44,436 nt of DNA from Clostridia bacterium (GCA_017460325.1 JAFUBF010000482.1:1-44436), one strand, 5' to 3'. Counted from the stretch's first letter, positions 17,867-28,066 are shown. The notes: generated from the letters alone by a model not told the origin. A program made the numbers and translations.

Positions 17867-18874
17867 GTGACGAAAGGCATGAAGAAATACTTCAAAAAGA
17901 AGATCATCTGGTTTCTCATCACGTTTGTTGCGGCATTGATTCTGAATTTTATTCTGCCGCGGCTCATGCCGGGTGATCCGGTCAACGCAATTGTCGGAAA
18001 GAGCATCAGCCCCGGCGCCACGCAGGAGCAGGTTCAGGAACAGCTGACGTTTTACCGGCATCAGTTCGGACTGGACAAGGGTCTGTTTGGACAGTTTCTG
18101 GACTTTGTAAAAAATGCATTCAACGGAACGTTCGGCGTCAGTTACAGTCAGTATCCGAGAAAAGTTTCCGATATCATCGGCAGCGGAATCTGGTGGACCG
18201 TGGCGCTGCAGCTGCCGGCCATTCTTGTCGGCTGGATTCTGGGGAACCTGCTGGGCGCAGTTGCCGCGTATAAACGGGGATTCTGGGACAAGGTCCTGAT
18301 GCCCGTCAGTCTGTTTATGAGCGCGATTCCCGCGTTCGGCGCGGCGGTGATTCTCCTGGTGGTCTTCTCGGTCAACCTGGGAATTGCACCGGCCAACGGT
18401 GCGTATGGCGTGGGCATGATTCCGAATTTCAGCTGGAGTTTCATTGCCTCGGTGATCTGGCATTATCAGCTGCCGTTCTGGTCCATCGTGCTGATCTCCA
18501 TCGGCGGCCAGGCGGTTGGAATGCGCTCCATGTCCATTTATGAACTGAATGCGGATTACGTGAAATATTCCCGTTTCCTTGGCATCAAGGATTCAAAGAT
18601 TGTCCGGTACGTTTTCCGGAATGCCATGCTCCCCCAGGTGACCGGTCTTGCCATGAGCATCGGTTCCATGGTCGGCGGGGCACTGGTTGCCGAGACGATC
18701 TTCAGTTATCCCGGACTGGGCATGACGATGTACAACGCCATCACGCAGTCGGATTACCCGGTCATTTCTGCCACTACCCTGATCATTACCATCATGGTGC
18801 TCCTGGCGTCCTTTGCACTGGACATCATCTATGCGTTTATTGATCCGCGCGTCAAAGCGGCGCAGTTTGATTAA
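17867..18874 (+). CDS. ABC transporter permease (OppB/DppB-like)
   Basis: GTG 17867 lies 7 nt after GGGAGG; ATG 17879 is the alternative start. It has multiple TM segments and the EAA-loop region typical of Opp-type permeases. Confidence 0.85.
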   Translation: MTKGMKKYFKKKIIWFLITFVAALILNFILPRLMPGDPVNAIVGKSISPGATQEQVQEQLTFYRHQFGLDKGLFGQFLDFVKNAFNGTFGVSYSQYPRKVSDIIGSGIWWTVALQLPAILVGWILGNLLGAVAAYKRGFWDKVLMPVSLFMSAIPAFGAAVILLVVFSVNLGIAPANGAYGVGMIPNFSWSFIASVIWHYQLPFWSIVLISIGGQAVGMRSMSIYELNADYVKYSRFLGIKDSKIVRYVFRNAMLPQVTGLAMSIGSMVGGALVAETIFSYPGLGMTMYNAITQSDYPVISATTLIITIMVLLASFALDIIYAFIDPRVKAAQFD

Positions 18875-18886
18875 GGAGGAGAAAGC

Positions 18887-20149
18887 ATGAAAAGTACATT
18901 GCGAAATATTCTTCATTCTCCTCGATTCATGGTCGGATTTACCATCTTCATGGTCATGCTCCTGACGGTGCTGATCTATCCGTTCTTTGTGACACGGGAT
19001 CCCCTTCTTTCGCTCGGAAAGGGATTTCTCGCCCCCGGCACTTACTTTTCCGTCTATGATGCCAATAACGCGCCGACGGTTCGCGTTGAGCTGCCTGAGG
19101 CGGCAGCCAACCGTCTTCAGAATGATCTGCCGGATTCCGACCGGAAGCTGATTCTGGATTTTCTGAGCGCCAAAGGCGTGGATACAACAGGTCTCAGCAC
19201 GGACAATGAAGGGGTTGCCGATCTGCTTGAGGCCTGGACGGCCAACTACGACGAAGCCGACGTCAAGAAGTCCAAATATCCGGGATACACGACCCAGGCA
19301 AAGCGCCGTGCCCTGTCCAAACTGGATAAACAGCTGAAAAGCTTCCTTTCTGGTGCTACCATGAAAGTGACCCGCGGTGAGGAGGAGGATTTGCAGGAAT
19401 CCGTCGTCAGCGGTTCGGATTATGCGCGTGTTGATCAGGTGGCCAATACCCTGAATCTCCCTCTGGGCACGGACAACTTCGGACGTGATACCCTGACGGA
19501 ACTGGTAAAGGCAACCGGTGTTTCCCTGCTGATCGGCCTGATTGCCGGCACCATTGCCACCCTGCTGGGTCTGACCGTCGGACTCCTGGCCGGTTATGTG
19601 GGCGGGATTGTGGATGATATCCTGATGTTCATCGCCAACATTTTTACCGTCATCCCGGGCTTTGTTCTCCTGATCCTGATCTACTACTCGGTGGGACAGG
19701 AAGCACGGGGCGTGGTAACCTGTGCGGTGGTGATCGGCCTGACCAGCTGGGTATGGACGGCCCGTTCTGTCCGCTCGCAGGTCATTTCCCTGCGCAACCG
19801 AGACCACGTCAACCTCTCCAAGCTTTCCGGACATTCCCTGTTCCGGATCGTGACCACAGACATCCTTCCGTACATCGCCTCCTATGTGGTCATGGCCTTC
19901 ATTCTGCAGGTCAGCAGCGGCATTCTGGCAGAGGCACAGCTTTCCTTGCTGGGCCTTGGACCGAAGACCACGGAGGTTCCTACCCTGGGCCTGATGATGA
20001 ACTGGGCGAAGCTGTTCGGTGCCTATACCTCCAGCAATGCCTGGTGGGCCTATTTCCCGGTCATCCTGGTCATTGCACTCACCTCTTTCTCTCTGAACCT
20101 GATGAATACCGGTCTTGACCAGGTGTTCAATCCGACACTGCGTGATTAA
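18887..20149 (+). CDS. ABC transporter permease (OppC/DppC-like) with enlarged extracytoplasmic loop after TM1
   Basis: AAGGAGGAG RBS. TM1 is [22 protein letters not shown], then ~155 hydrophilic residues precede the conserved [10 protein letters not shown] block. The permease core follows. Confidence 0.85.
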   Translation: MKSTLRNILHSPRFMVGFTIFMVMLLTVLIYPFFVTRDPLLSLGKGFLAPGTYFSVYDANNAPTVRVELPEAAANRLQNDLPDSDRKLILDFLSAKGVDTTGLSTDNEGVADLLEAWTANYDEADVKKSKYPGYTTQAKRRALSKLDKQLKSFLSGATMKVTRGEEEDLQESVVSGSDYARVDQVANTLNLPLGTDNFGRDTLTELVKATGVSLLIGLIAGTIATLLGLTVGLLAGYVGGIVDDILMFIANIFTVIPGFVLLILIYYSVGQEARGVVTCAVVIGLTSWVWTARSVRSQVISLRNRDHVNLSKLSGHSLFRIVTTDILPYIASYVVMAFILQVSSGILAEAQLSLLGLGPKTTEVPTLGLMMNWAKLFGAYTSSNAWWAYFPVILVIALTSFSLNLMNTGLDQVFNPTLRD

Positions 20150-20162
20150 GGAGGTGCGGACT

Positions 20163-21173
20163 TTGGCGAAAAAGATGCTGGAGGTCAGACAGCTGACCAC
20201 GAAATACATCACAAGAAACGGTGAGAGTGTTTACTCGGTGGACCATGTGTCCCTCGACATTGAGGAGGGAAAGAGCCTGGGAATTGCCGGTGAATCCGGC
20301 TGCGGCAAGTCCACTCTGGCACTCAGCCTGATGGGATACTATTTCCCGCCTCTCCACTACACCAGCGGCGATATCATCGTGGATGGCAAGAACATTTCGG
20401 GACTGGATCCGGACGTGGTCCGCAAGACCGTTCTGGGGTCCGACGTGGCGTATATTCCCCAGGCGGCCATGAATGCGCTGAATCCGACCCGGAAAGTCGG
20501 CAAGTTCATTGAGGATGTGATCCGGGCTCACGAACTGCCCATGGACAGCAAGCAGATTCGGGAAATGGCGGAGCAGCGCTTCGCGCTGCTGGGACTGCCG
20601 GTGGAGGCGCTGGACAAGTACAGCGTGGAGCTCTCCGGCGGTATGCGCCAGCGGGTGGTTATCGCGGTTTCCACCATTCTGAATCCCAAGGTGCTGATTG
20701 CGGATGAACCCTCTTCCGCCCTTGATGTTACCAGTCAGAAAATGGTTATCAAGATGATGAAGGACATGATGGCCAAGGGACTGGTGAAGAGCATGATCTT
20801 CATTACCCATGAGCTGCCGCTTCTGTATAACGTGACGGATGACATCATGGTCATGTACGCCGGCCAGATTGTGGAGCGGGGGAGCGCGAAGGAAATGGTC
20901 TTTGACCCCATCCATCCCTATTCCCGCGGACTCATGAATTCCATTCTGGTGCCGGAGGAGGGAACGCGCGATGTCAAGCTGACGGCCATCCCCGGAACAC
21001 CGCCGAACCTGAAACATCCGCCGGTAGGCTGCCGCTTTGCGGAGCGTTGCCGCTATGCAACCGATACCTGCAGGTTCAATCAGATGCCGGTGATCGACAT
21101 CGGCGGCGGACGGCAGTACCGCTGCGGCATGTCTGTTGAACATCTGAGGGAGGTGTATGCAAGTGAGCAATGA
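20163..21173 (+). CDS. ABC transporter ATP-binding protein (OppD-like)
   Basis: Walker A GESGCGKS, signature LSGGMRQR, Walker [13 protein letters not shown] and a Cys-rich C-terminal oligopeptide-ATPase tail ([14 protein letters not shown]). TTG 20163 lies 8 nt after AAGGAGG; ATG 20175 is the alternative start. Confidence 0.88.
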   Translation: MAKKMLEVRQLTTKYITRNGESVYSVDHVSLDIEEGKSLGIAGESGCGKSTLALSLMGYYFPPLHYTSGDIIVDGKNISGLDPDVVRKTVLGSDVAYIPQAAMNALNPTRKVGKFIEDVIRAHELPMDSKQIREMAEQRFALLGLPVEALDKYSVELSGGMRQRVVIAVSTILNPKVLIADEPSSALDVTSQKMVIKMMKDMMAKGLVKSMIFITHELPLLYNVTDDIMVMYAGQIVERGSAKEMVFDPIHPYSRGLMNSILVPEEGTRDVKLTAIPGTPPNLKHPPVGCRFAERCRYATDTCRFNQMPVIDIGGGRQYRCGMSVEHLREVYASEQ

Positions 21174-22056
21174 GGAAATCAGAGATCAGGCGCCGGTTGA
21201 TAACCGTGAGAGCGTTACCTTTGGGGCGAACCGGAACAAGGACTTTTCAAAAGAACCGCTCTGTCTTTCCGGAAAAGACGTAACCCGTGTCTTCCATACC
21301 GGCAAGACCACCACCACGGCGGTTGATCATGTCAATTTTGATTTTCATAAGGGTGAACTGATTTCCATCGTCGGCGAATCGGGCTCCGGAAAGACGACGC
21401 TCTCCAAGATGCTCCTTGGCCTCCTTGAGCCGACCTCGGGGGAAATCTTCTATCGCGGGGAGCCCCGGGACATTTCCACCGGAGCAAAGAAGCGCAAGTA
21501 CTGGCAGGGCATTCAGGCCATCTTTCAGGATCCGTTCTCCTCATACAACGTCTTCCACAAGATTGACGATGTGCTATTGGACTGCATCAACATGCGCGGC
21601 GGGCGGAACCTGTCCAAAGACGAGAAATTCGCCCAAATGACAGAGGCCTGTTCGTTTGTCAACCTGAAATTTGCCGAACTGACCAACAAGTATCCCTTCG
21701 AGCTCTCCGGCGGACAGATGCAGCGCCTGATGATTGCCCGGATCTTCCTTCTGAAACCGGAGATTCTGCTGGCAGATGAACCCACCTCCATGATTGATGC
21801 CTGCTCCAGGGCCACCATCCTGGACATGCTGCTCAATCTGCGGGATGAGACCGGCATGACCGTTATCTTCATCACGCATGATATCGGCCTGGCCTACTAT
21901 ATTTCGGACTCCATTTATATCATGGAACACGGAAAATTCGTGGAAAGCGGGAAAGCGGAGGAGGTTATCCTCAATCCCAAGGCGCCCTATACCAGACGCC
22001 TGATCAGCGATGTTCCCAAGATTCACGAACCGTGGGATCTTTCAACCGTCGGCTGA
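21157..22056 (+). CDS. ABC transporter ATP-binding protein (OppF-like)
   Basis: Walker A GESGSGKT, signature LSGGQMQR and Walker [13 protein letters not shown]. It overlaps the upstream gene by 17 nt. Confidence 0.88.
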   Translation: MQVSNEEIRDQAPVDNRESVTFGANRNKDFSKEPLCLSGKDVTRVFHTGKTTTTAVDHVNFDFHKGELISIVGESGSGKTTLSKMLLGLLEPTSGEIFYRGEPRDISTGAKKRKYWQGIQAIFQDPFSSYNVFHKIDDVLLDCINMRGGRNLSKDEKFAQMTEACSFVNLKFAELTNKYPFELSGGQMQRLMIARIFLLKPEILLADEPTSMIDACSRATILDMLLNLRDETGMTVIFITHDIGLAYYISDSIYIMEHGKFVESGKAEEVILNPKAPYTRRLISDVPKIHEPWDLSTVG

Positions 22057-22065
22057 GGCCGGCAG

Positions 22066-22095
22066 AAAATGCCCTCCATGCGGAGGGCATTTTTC
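22066..22095 (+). terminator. Rho-independent terminator after the ABC operon
   Basis: ATGCCCTCC (22069-22077) pairs with GGAGGGCAT (22082-22090) across a 4-nt loop, followed by TTTTT. Confidence 0.8.
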
Positions 22096-22109
22096 GGAAA
22101 GGAACAAAA

Positions 22110-24305
22110 ATGACGCCTGAAATACACGCAACCCCGTACTGCACCCTGATCCGGAATCCGGATGGACCGGTTCTGGGGATTGCCAATCCGAAAACGCCCG
22201 GCATGGGTCAGGTGCCCCTGATTGAGGAGGATGGCCAATTTTTCAAGGACCTGGCCCGGCAGGGGACGCTGTTGCCCTATGAGGACTGGCGCCTCAGTGC
22301 TGAGGAACGGGCCCGGGATCTGGCTGCCCGGCTTTCCCGGGAGGAGGTGGCCGGTCTGATGCTTTATTCCAGCCATCAGATCGTGCCCTTTGTTTCCAGC
22401 GGCCATTTCGTCGGACACTACGGCGGGGCTTCGTATGATGAAACGAAACATGAACCGGATGAACTGACGGATGAGCAGATCCGGTTCATCCGGCAGGATC
22501 ATATCCGGCATATTCTGCAGATGCGCGTATGCGATGCCCGGACATCCGCCCGGTGGAGCAACCGCCTGCAGGAGCTCTGCGAATCGGAGCGGTGGGGGAT
22601 TCCGACGGACATCTCCACCGACCCGCGGCACGGGGCAGGCCGGGCATCTGCCGAATTCAAACAGGAAGGGAGCGGCGTGTCCAAATGGCCGGAGGGAATC
22701 GGGTTTGCGGCCGCCGGTTCCCCGGAACTGGTGGGGGAATTCGCCCGGATTGCCTCGGCGGAATACCGGGCTCTGGGGATTACCACGGCCCTGGGACCGC
22801 AGATTGACCTGTCTACCGAACCGCGCTGGATGCGGCTGGAGGATACTCTGGGACACCGGCCGGACCGGGTCATTCCCATGGTCCGGGCCTACTGCGACGG
22901 GATGCAGACAACGGAGGGAACTGAGGATGGCTGGGGCCGGGAGAGTGTGGTGACCATGGTCAAGCACTGGCCCGGCGGCGGAACCGGCGAGGGCGGACGG
23001 GATGCCCACTATCCCTATGGCTGCTTTGCCGTCTATCCGGCCGGCCAGTTTGAGACGCACATGCGCCCCTTTACGGAGGGCGCGTTCCACCTGGACGGAC
23101 CCACCGGGTGCGCCGCGGCGGTCATGCCCTACTATACGGTTTCCTGGCTCGAGGGACAGCCGCACGTGGGCAACTCGTACAGCTCCTATATCATTCACGA
23201 TCTGCTGCGGGAACGGGCCGGGTATAAGGGCATTGTCTGCACGGACTGGGGGATCACCGGGGATCCGGATCCCGAAATCGACAGTTTCGGCAGCCGGTGT
23301 TACGGCGTTCCGGAACTCTCCGTGGCGGAGCGTCACCTGAGGATTCTCATGAACGGTGTGGATCAGTTCGGCGGCAATGACTCCGCGGAGCCGATCCTGG
23401 AAGCGTGGCGCCTGGGGGATGCCCGATACGGATTGGACACGATGGACCGGCGTATGCGGGAGAGCGCTGAGCGTCTGCTGTTGCCGCTGTTCCGCCTGGG
23501 CCTGTTTGAGAATCCCTATCTGGATCCGGAGGAGAGCGCCCGGATTGTCGGTGCACCGGAATTCGTCCGAAAAGGTCTCGAGGCGCAGGCCAGGTCGGTG
23601 GTCCGGCTCAAGAACCGGGAGGGGATCCTGCCCCTCCGAAAGGGAATGCGGATCTATGTACCGGGTCGCTCCCTCGGGAAGTCCAAATCCTTCTTCAGGT
23701 CGGAGATCGACGCGCATACGGATGATCCGCTGGAGGGAATGGACACTGCTCCCTGGTTTGAGCGCGTCGATACACCGGAGGCGGCGGAGGCCATCCTCGT
23801 GTTCATGGAAAGTCCCCTTTCCGATCCCTATCAGGCGGATGAGGGGAACGGATATCATCCGCTGATGCTCCAGTACCGTCCCTATACCGCCACGGAGGCC
23901 CGCAGCCCCAGCATTGCGGGCGGGGATTTCCGGGAGACGTTTACGGACCGAAGCTACCGGGGCAAGAGCAACCGGGCGATAAACGAATGCGACCTTCAGA
24001 ATGTGGAGGATGCAGCGTTGACCGGGAAAAAGGTCATTGCCGTTATATACATGCACAATCCCACCGTGCCGGCGGAATTTGAACCGCTGTGCGACGGAAT
24101 CCTGGTCCACTTCGGCGTTTCCCTGTCCGTTTTGCTGGATATCCTGTTCGGGGACCGGACCGCAGGCGGGCGCCTTCCGTACAATTTGCCGGCCAGCATG
24201 GCGGCCGTTGAACGGCATGCCGAGGATGACCCGGAGGATCCGGAACCGTACCGGACCGCTGAGGGGACCGTGTACGCCATGGATTATCGGGCAAATGCGG
24301 ACTAA
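22110..24305 (+). CDS. Glycoside hydrolase family 3 enzyme (second GH3, divergent)
   Basis: ATG 22110 follows AAAGGAAC. GH3 blocks are present: VKHWPGGGTGEGGRDAH and GIVCTDWGI (nucleophile Asp in TDW). The 78 nt of track ORF upstream of 22110 cover the terminator hairpin. Confidence 0.8.
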   Translation: MTPEIHATPYCTLIRNPDGPVLGIANPKTPGMGQVPLIEEDGQFFKDLARQGTLLPYEDWRLSAEERARDLAARLSREEVAGLMLYSSHQIVPFVSSGHFVGHYGGASYDETKHEPDELTDEQIRFIRQDHIRHILQMRVCDARTSARWSNRLQELCESERWGIPTDISTDPRHGAGRASAEFKQEGSGVSKWPEGIGFAAAGSPELVGEFARIASAEYRALGITTALGPQIDLSTEPRWMRLEDTLGHRPDRVIPMVRAYCDGMQTTEGTEDGWGRESVVTMVKHWPGGGTGEGGRDAHYPYGCFAVYPAGQFETHMRPFTEGAFHLDGPTGCAAAVMPYYTVSWLEGQPHVGNSYSSYIIHDLLRERAGYKGIVCTDWGITGDPDPEIDSFGSRCYGVPELSVAERHLRILMNGVDQFGGNDSAEPILEAWRLGDARYGLDTMDRRMRESAERLLLPLFRLGLFENPYLDPEESARIVGAPEFVRKGLEAQARSVVRLKNREGILPLRKGMRIYVPGRSLGKSKSFFRSEIDAHTDDPLEGMDTAPWFERVDTPEAAEAILVFMESPLSDPYQADEGNGYHPLMLQYRPYTATEARSPSIAGGDFRETFTDRSYRGKSNRAINECDLQNVEDAALTGKKVIAVIYMHNPTVPAEFEPLCDGILVHFGVSLSVLLDILFGDRTAGGRLPYNLPASMAAVERHAEDDPEDPEPYRTAEGTVYAMDYRANAD

Positions 24306-24376
24306 TGCCTGCCCTCCAAACCCTTCCCGGATTTCGGGTTGCCGGATATCTTTTTTGCAACTTTGAAAAAAACCGC

Positions 24377-24405
24377 TTGACAGAATTTTTCGTGCCCGAT
24401 ATAAT
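24377..24405 (+). promoter_or_regulatory. Consensus sigma-A promoter of the T-box leader
   Basis: TTGACA (24377-24382), a 17-nt spacer, then TATAAT (24400-24405). Confidence 0.8.
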
Positions 24406-24411
24406 GTCGGC

Positions 24412-24693
24412 AATTGAACAGCAAACCGATGAGGTGGAAATCAAACCGGAAAGCGCACTTCCAGAGAGTCTGGCCGGACATGGTCCGGGTGGAAGCCAGA
24501 CAGAGAGCGGGCCGGCAAATGGCCCACCGAGGGAAAGGTGAAAGGGTTTCCGAGTAACCGGACCGTATGCCTGCGTGAAAGGCGGGGAATGTGTTGGCAT
24601 TCCTGCAAAGTGGGTCCCGTGCGAGCGGGATCAATTAAGGTGGTACCACAGAGTGTAAAGCCCTGTCCTTTATTGGACAGGGCTTGTTGTGTT
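24412..24693 (+). promoter_or_regulatory. T-box riboswitch leader (tRNA-sensing transcription attenuator)
   Basis: K-turn GA motif CGATGAGG (about 24427-24434) pairs across GGTGG/CCACC with CCACCGAGG (24524-24532). An AG bulge CCAGAGAGTC and a distal GGGTGGAA are present. An AGTA box (CGAGTAAC) and an F-box-like CCGTAT follow. The T-box sequence is AATTAAGGTGGTACCACA (24633-24650). The terminator AAAGCCCTGTCC-TTTATT-GGACAGGGCTT runs 24657-24685 and is followed by GTTGTGTT. Confidence 0.85.
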
Positions 24694-24705
24694 CAGGAGG
24701 GGAAA

Positions 24706-24999
24706 ATGAGACATATCGTTATGATGCGGCTCAAACCGGGCGTGTTTGATGAGGCTGCGGAACGGGAATACCGGGAAACGTTTGATGCCCTTGCCAGGGA
24801 AATGCCCGAGGAGATCCTGCGTGTGCAGGTGCATCGCAACATCGTGGACCGGGCGCAGAACATGACCGTGATGATTGAGATGACTCTGAGGGAGGAGGCC
24901 TCCCTGCAGCGGTACCTGACTCATCCCCTGCATGTGGCAATGGGGAAAAAGTACAACCCGTACGTTGAGGCGATTGCCTCGTTTGACTGTCCGGACTGA
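24706..24999 (+). CDS. Dabb (stress-responsive alpha/beta-barrel) domain protein, 97 aa
   Basis: AGGAGGGG RBS before ATG 24706. The sequence MRHIVMMRLKPG...YLTHPLHVAM...ASFD follows the Dabb pattern. The upstream part of the track ORF (24538-24705) is the T-box leader. Confidence 0.7.
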   Translation: MRHIVMMRLKPGVFDEAAEREYRETFDALAREMPEEILRVQVHRNIVDRAQNMTVMIEMTLREEASLQRYLTHPLHVAMGKKYNPYVEAIASFDCPD

Positions 25000-25017
25000 T
25001 CCGGGAAAGGGGCAAGC

Positions 25018-26133
25018 ATGGAACGGTCAATGTCGAATTACTCGATTCTCCTTCCGGCATACAGCATCGGGGAATCGGTGCTGGAGCGGGTGGGGGAGGT
25101 CTGCAGTCCCTGGGGACGTCGGGCGGTCCTGATCGGCGGGGAGCGTGCCCTTGGGGCCATTGGTGAAAAGCTGATGGAGTGTGCTCGCCGGGACGGGCGC
25201 ATTGAGGTAATGGGCCCGCTCCTGTACGGCGGGGAGGCGAGCCTTGAAAATGTCCATGCCCTGATGGACCGCCGGGAGGTCCGGGAGGCGGACATGATTT
25301 TCGCGGCAGGCGGCGGGAAGGCGCTGGATACCTGCAAGGTCCTGGGGGATCTGACGGGGAAGCCGGTCTTCACCTTTCCGACGATTGCCTCCACCTGTGC
25401 GGCGACCACGGCGGTTGCCATTGTGTATCACCCGGATGGCCGGTTCGATCATCCCCATTTTCTTCCGGGACCGGCCAGGCACGCATTCATTGACACGACG
25501 GTGATTGCCTCGGCGCCGCCCCGGTACCTCTGGGCAGGCCTTGGGGATACCTATGCCAAATACTTCGAGTCCACCATGTCCTCGCGGCTGGATGAACTGA
25601 ACCACTATCACGCGCTGGGGGTGGTGACCAGTCAGGCCTGCCTGATGCCCCTGCTCAGGTATGGCGAGGCCGCCATGGAGGCGCACAGGCAGCAGAGGGT
25701 TACGCCGGAACTGGAACAGGTCATCCTGGCCATCATTGTGACGACGGGCATTGCCTCCATTCTGCTGACGGCGGACCGGATCATTGATTACAATACCGGA
25801 CTGGCACATGCCGTGTTCTATGCGCTGACGGGCTTTCCGGAGCTGGAACTGGAGAAACACCATTTGCACGGCGAGGTAGTCGGCTTCGGAGTCCTGATTC
25901 TTCTGCTGGTGGATGGCCAGCGGGAGCGGTTTGAGGAGGTCTACCGGTTCAACCGTTCCGTCGGGCTTCCCACCTCGCCGGAGGAAATCGGGGTCAGCCG
26001 GGACATGCTGAAACGGGTCATTCCCTGCATTCCCCGCATGGCCGATGTGGCGCACAACCCGTACCCCATTACCGAATCAATGCTCATTCGGGCTTTCGAT
26101 GAGCTTGAGATAATCAATTCTGCCAACCAATAG
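25018..26133 (+). CDS. Iron-containing alcohol dehydrogenase superfamily protein (glycerol dehydrogenase-like)
   Basis: 371 aa with AAGGGKALDTCK (the GGGSxxDxxK-type nucleotide-binding motif) and FPTIASTCAATT, plus His-rich metal-site regions (HHLHGEVVGFG). Confidence 0.75.
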   Translation: MERSMSNYSILLPAYSIGESVLERVGEVCSPWGRRAVLIGGERALGAIGEKLMECARRDGRIEVMGPLLYGGEASLENVHALMDRREVREADMIFAAGGGKALDTCKVLGDLTGKPVFTFPTIASTCAATTAVAIVYHPDGRFDHPHFLPGPARHAFIDTTVIASAPPRYLWAGLGDTYAKYFESTMSSRLDELNHYHALGVVTSQACLMPLLRYGEAAMEAHRQQRVTPELEQVILAIIVTTGIASILLTADRIIDYNTGLAHAVFYALTGFPELELEKHHLHGEVVGFGVLILLLVDGQRERFEEVYRFNRSVGLPTSPEEIGVSRDMLKRVIPCIPRMADVAHNPYPITESMLIRAFDELEIINSANQ

Positions 26134-26143
26134 GAGGTTCGCT

Positions 26144-27115
26144 ATGAAAAAGATTCTTGTTCTCTCTCTCGCACTCGTTCTGGTTCTTCTCTGCACGGCC
26201 GGTGCCATGGCAGACAAGACCAAAGTCGGTATTATTCTCATGATTGAAAACGGTGCATTCCTGGATATGAAAGACGGAATCATTTCAGGGCTTGCCGCCA
26301 ACGGATATGTGGAAGGCGATAACCTTGAAATTGATTACAAAAACGCTCAGGGAGATGCCACGAATCTGGCCACCATCTGCCAGGCTATGGACGATGGAAC
26401 CTACGATGTGGTCTTTACCGTGGCCACGCCGGCAACCCAGTCCTTTGTCAGCCTTGAGTCCGAGACACCCTGCATTTTCTGCTCCGTGGCAGCCCCGGTG
26501 GCAGCCGGCGTCATGAGCGCCCTGGACACTCCGGACATGAATGCCACCGGAACCAGCAATGCGGTACCGGCAGGGGATATCCTGAAGCTCGGCCTGACCA
26601 TTACCCCGAACGTCAAGACCTTTGGCCTTCTCTACTGCACCAGCGAAATTAACGCGGTGAATGCCATGAACAACGCCAAGGCCTACCTGGATGAAATCGG
26701 GTACAAGTACGTCGAGACCACCGTCTCCTCCTCTGCCGAGGTACAGACCGCCACGCAGGCGCTGCTTGAAAAGGGCATCGATGCCATGTTCATCGCCAAC
26801 GATGCAACGGTCCAGGCAGCCGTGGATGTGCTGGCCGAACTGTGCACCGAGGAAGGCATTCCCACCTATGCCTGCTCTGCCACCACCGTCCTCTCCGGCT
26901 GCCTTGCCACCCTGGCCATGAGCGACACCTATATCGGCGAGCAGACCGCGGAGATTGCCGTCAGGGTCCTGAAAGGGGCGAAGGTATCTGAGGTGCCCGC
27001 CATTGTGGTGCCGGCCAATATCGTCTCGGTCAATGAGCGCACGATGGAAGCGCTGGGGATCACCCTTCCGGATTCCATTGGCGAGATCGGCGAGATTCAG
27101 TTCCTCGGCAAATAA
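26144..27115 (+). CDS. ABC transporter substrate-binding lipoprotein (ABC_sub_bind / COG2984-like)
   Basis: Signal peptide with lipobox LVLLCTAG. About 320 aa, with the KVGIIL...ENGAF start typical of this family. Followed by a COG4120-type permease and a COG1101-type ATPase. Confidence 0.75.
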   Translation: MKKILVLSLALVLVLLCTAGAMADKTKVGIILMIENGAFLDMKDGIISGLAANGYVEGDNLEIDYKNAQGDATNLATICQAMDDGTYDVVFTVATPATQSFVSLESETPCIFCSVAAPVAAGVMSALDTPDMNATGTSNAVPAGDILKLGLTITPNVKTFGLLYCTSEINAVNAMNNAKAYLDEIGYKYVETTVSSSAEVQTATQALLEKGIDAMFIANDATVQAAVDVLAELCTEEGIPTYACSATTVLSGCLATLAMSDTYIGEQTAEIAVRVLKGAKVSEVPAIVVPANIVSVNERTMEALGITLPDSIGEIGEIQFLGK

Positions 27116-27129
27116 TCCCCGAACAATAC

Positions 27130-27161
27130 CCGTCCTTCGGAAAAATCCGAAGGACGGCTTT
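27130..27161 (+). terminator. Intra-operon hairpin after the SBP gene
   Basis: CCGTCCTTCGG (27130-27140) pairs with CCGAAGGACGG (27147-27157) across a 6-nt loop, then CTTT. The T-tract is weak, so this is more likely a stabiliser or partial terminator. Confidence 0.45.
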
Positions 27162-27166
27162 GGAGT

Positions 27167-28066
27167 GTGACAGTCTTGAAATTACTCATTGGCTCCCTGC
27201 AGCTCGGGCTGCTCTACGGCATTCTTGCCCTGGGAATTTACATCAGCTTCCGGATTCTCTCGGTTCCCGATCTGACCACGGAGGGGTCCTTTGCCTTCGG
27301 GCTCTCGGTTTCGGCGGCCATCACGGCCAGCGGCCATCCGGTGCTGGCCATACCGGTTGCCATGCTGGCCGGTGCCGTGGCTGGCGGGATTACCGGAATT
27401 TTGCAGACCACGTTTATGGTCCATCCGATTCTCGCGGGCATCATTACCATGAGCGGACTGTATTCCGTCAACCTGTTTATTATGGGCGGGGCCAGCAATC
27501 TTTCCCTGGTTCGGATTGATACGGTTTTCAAACTTCTCCCCGGCCTCTCCAAACAGGATGCACAGACGGTCATTGCCCTGATCCTGTGTCTGCTGACGAT
27601 GGTGGTGCTGATCCTGTTTTTCCGGACGCATATCGGCATGTGCATCCGGGCGGTGGGGGACAATGATGAAATGGTCCGGGCGTCGTCCATTAACGTGGAT
27701 GCCTGCAAGATTCTGGCGTTCTGCCTTTCCAATGCGGTGATTGCCCTTTCCGGCGCCCTGATTGCCCAGTATCAGGGCTATGCGGATATTTCCTCCAGTT
27801 CCGGTATTCTGGTCATCGGGCTGGCCTCAGTGATTATCGGGGAGGCCATTTTCGGCCGGCGAAACGTGACCGTGGGGTTCATTTCCGCCGTTGCCGGTTC
27901 GCTCATCTACCGGGTCATTATCGCTCTGGCCACCAAGTACAGCCCGCTGCCGGCGTACATGCTGAAACTGCTCTCGGCCATCATCGTCGGCCTGGCCCTG
28001 TCTCTGCCGGCTATCCGGCTGCATGCGGCCATCCGTCGGCAGAAGAGGAGGAATCCGGATGCTTGA
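27167..28066 (+). CDS. ABC transporter permease (branched-chain/sugar-type BPD_transp_2, COG4120-like)
   Basis: 299-aa polytopic membrane protein. Start is GTG 27167, with TTG 27176 as the alternative. N-terminus LLIGSLQLGLLYGILALGIYISFRIL. Confidence 0.8.
   Translation: MTVLKLLIGSLQLGLLYGILALGIYISFRILSVPDLTTEGSFAFGLSVSAAITASGHPVLAIPVAMLAGAVAGGITGILQTTFMVHPILAGIITMSGLYSVNLFIMGGASNLSLVRIDTVFKLLPGLSKQDAQTVIALILCLLTMVVLILFFRTHIGMCIRAVGDNDEMVRASSINVDACKILAFCLSNAVIALSGALIAQYQGYADISSSSGILVIGLASVIIGEAIFGRRNVTVGFISAVAGSLIYRVIIALATKYSPLPAYMLKLLSAIIVGLALSLPAIRLHAAIRRQKRRNPDA

Noticed and set aside
12383-21170. Long antisense ORFs: 12383-13315 (-), 13559-15625 (+), 16354-17676 (-), 18593-20212 (-), 20127-21170 (-)
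   Set aside because: Each one mirrors a gene with clear homology motifs on the other strand. All are GC-skewed shadow frames.
24306-24360. Terminator after the second GH3 gene (CCCGGATTTCGGG followed by a T-tract at 24349-24354)
   Set aside because: The stem is only 4-5 bp and is separated from the T-run by ~15 nt, which is too weak to call.
22023-24413. 796-aa minus-strand ORF opposite the second GH3 gene
   Set aside because: It is antisense to a GH3 with readable catalytic blocks. It has Arg/Pro/Gly-rich composition and no motifs.
24538-24705. N-terminal extension of the Dabb ORF in the track (start at 24538)
   Set aside because: This stretch is the T-box leader, including the T-box sequence and terminator. 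A strong RBS precedes ATG 24706, and the Dabb domain starts there.
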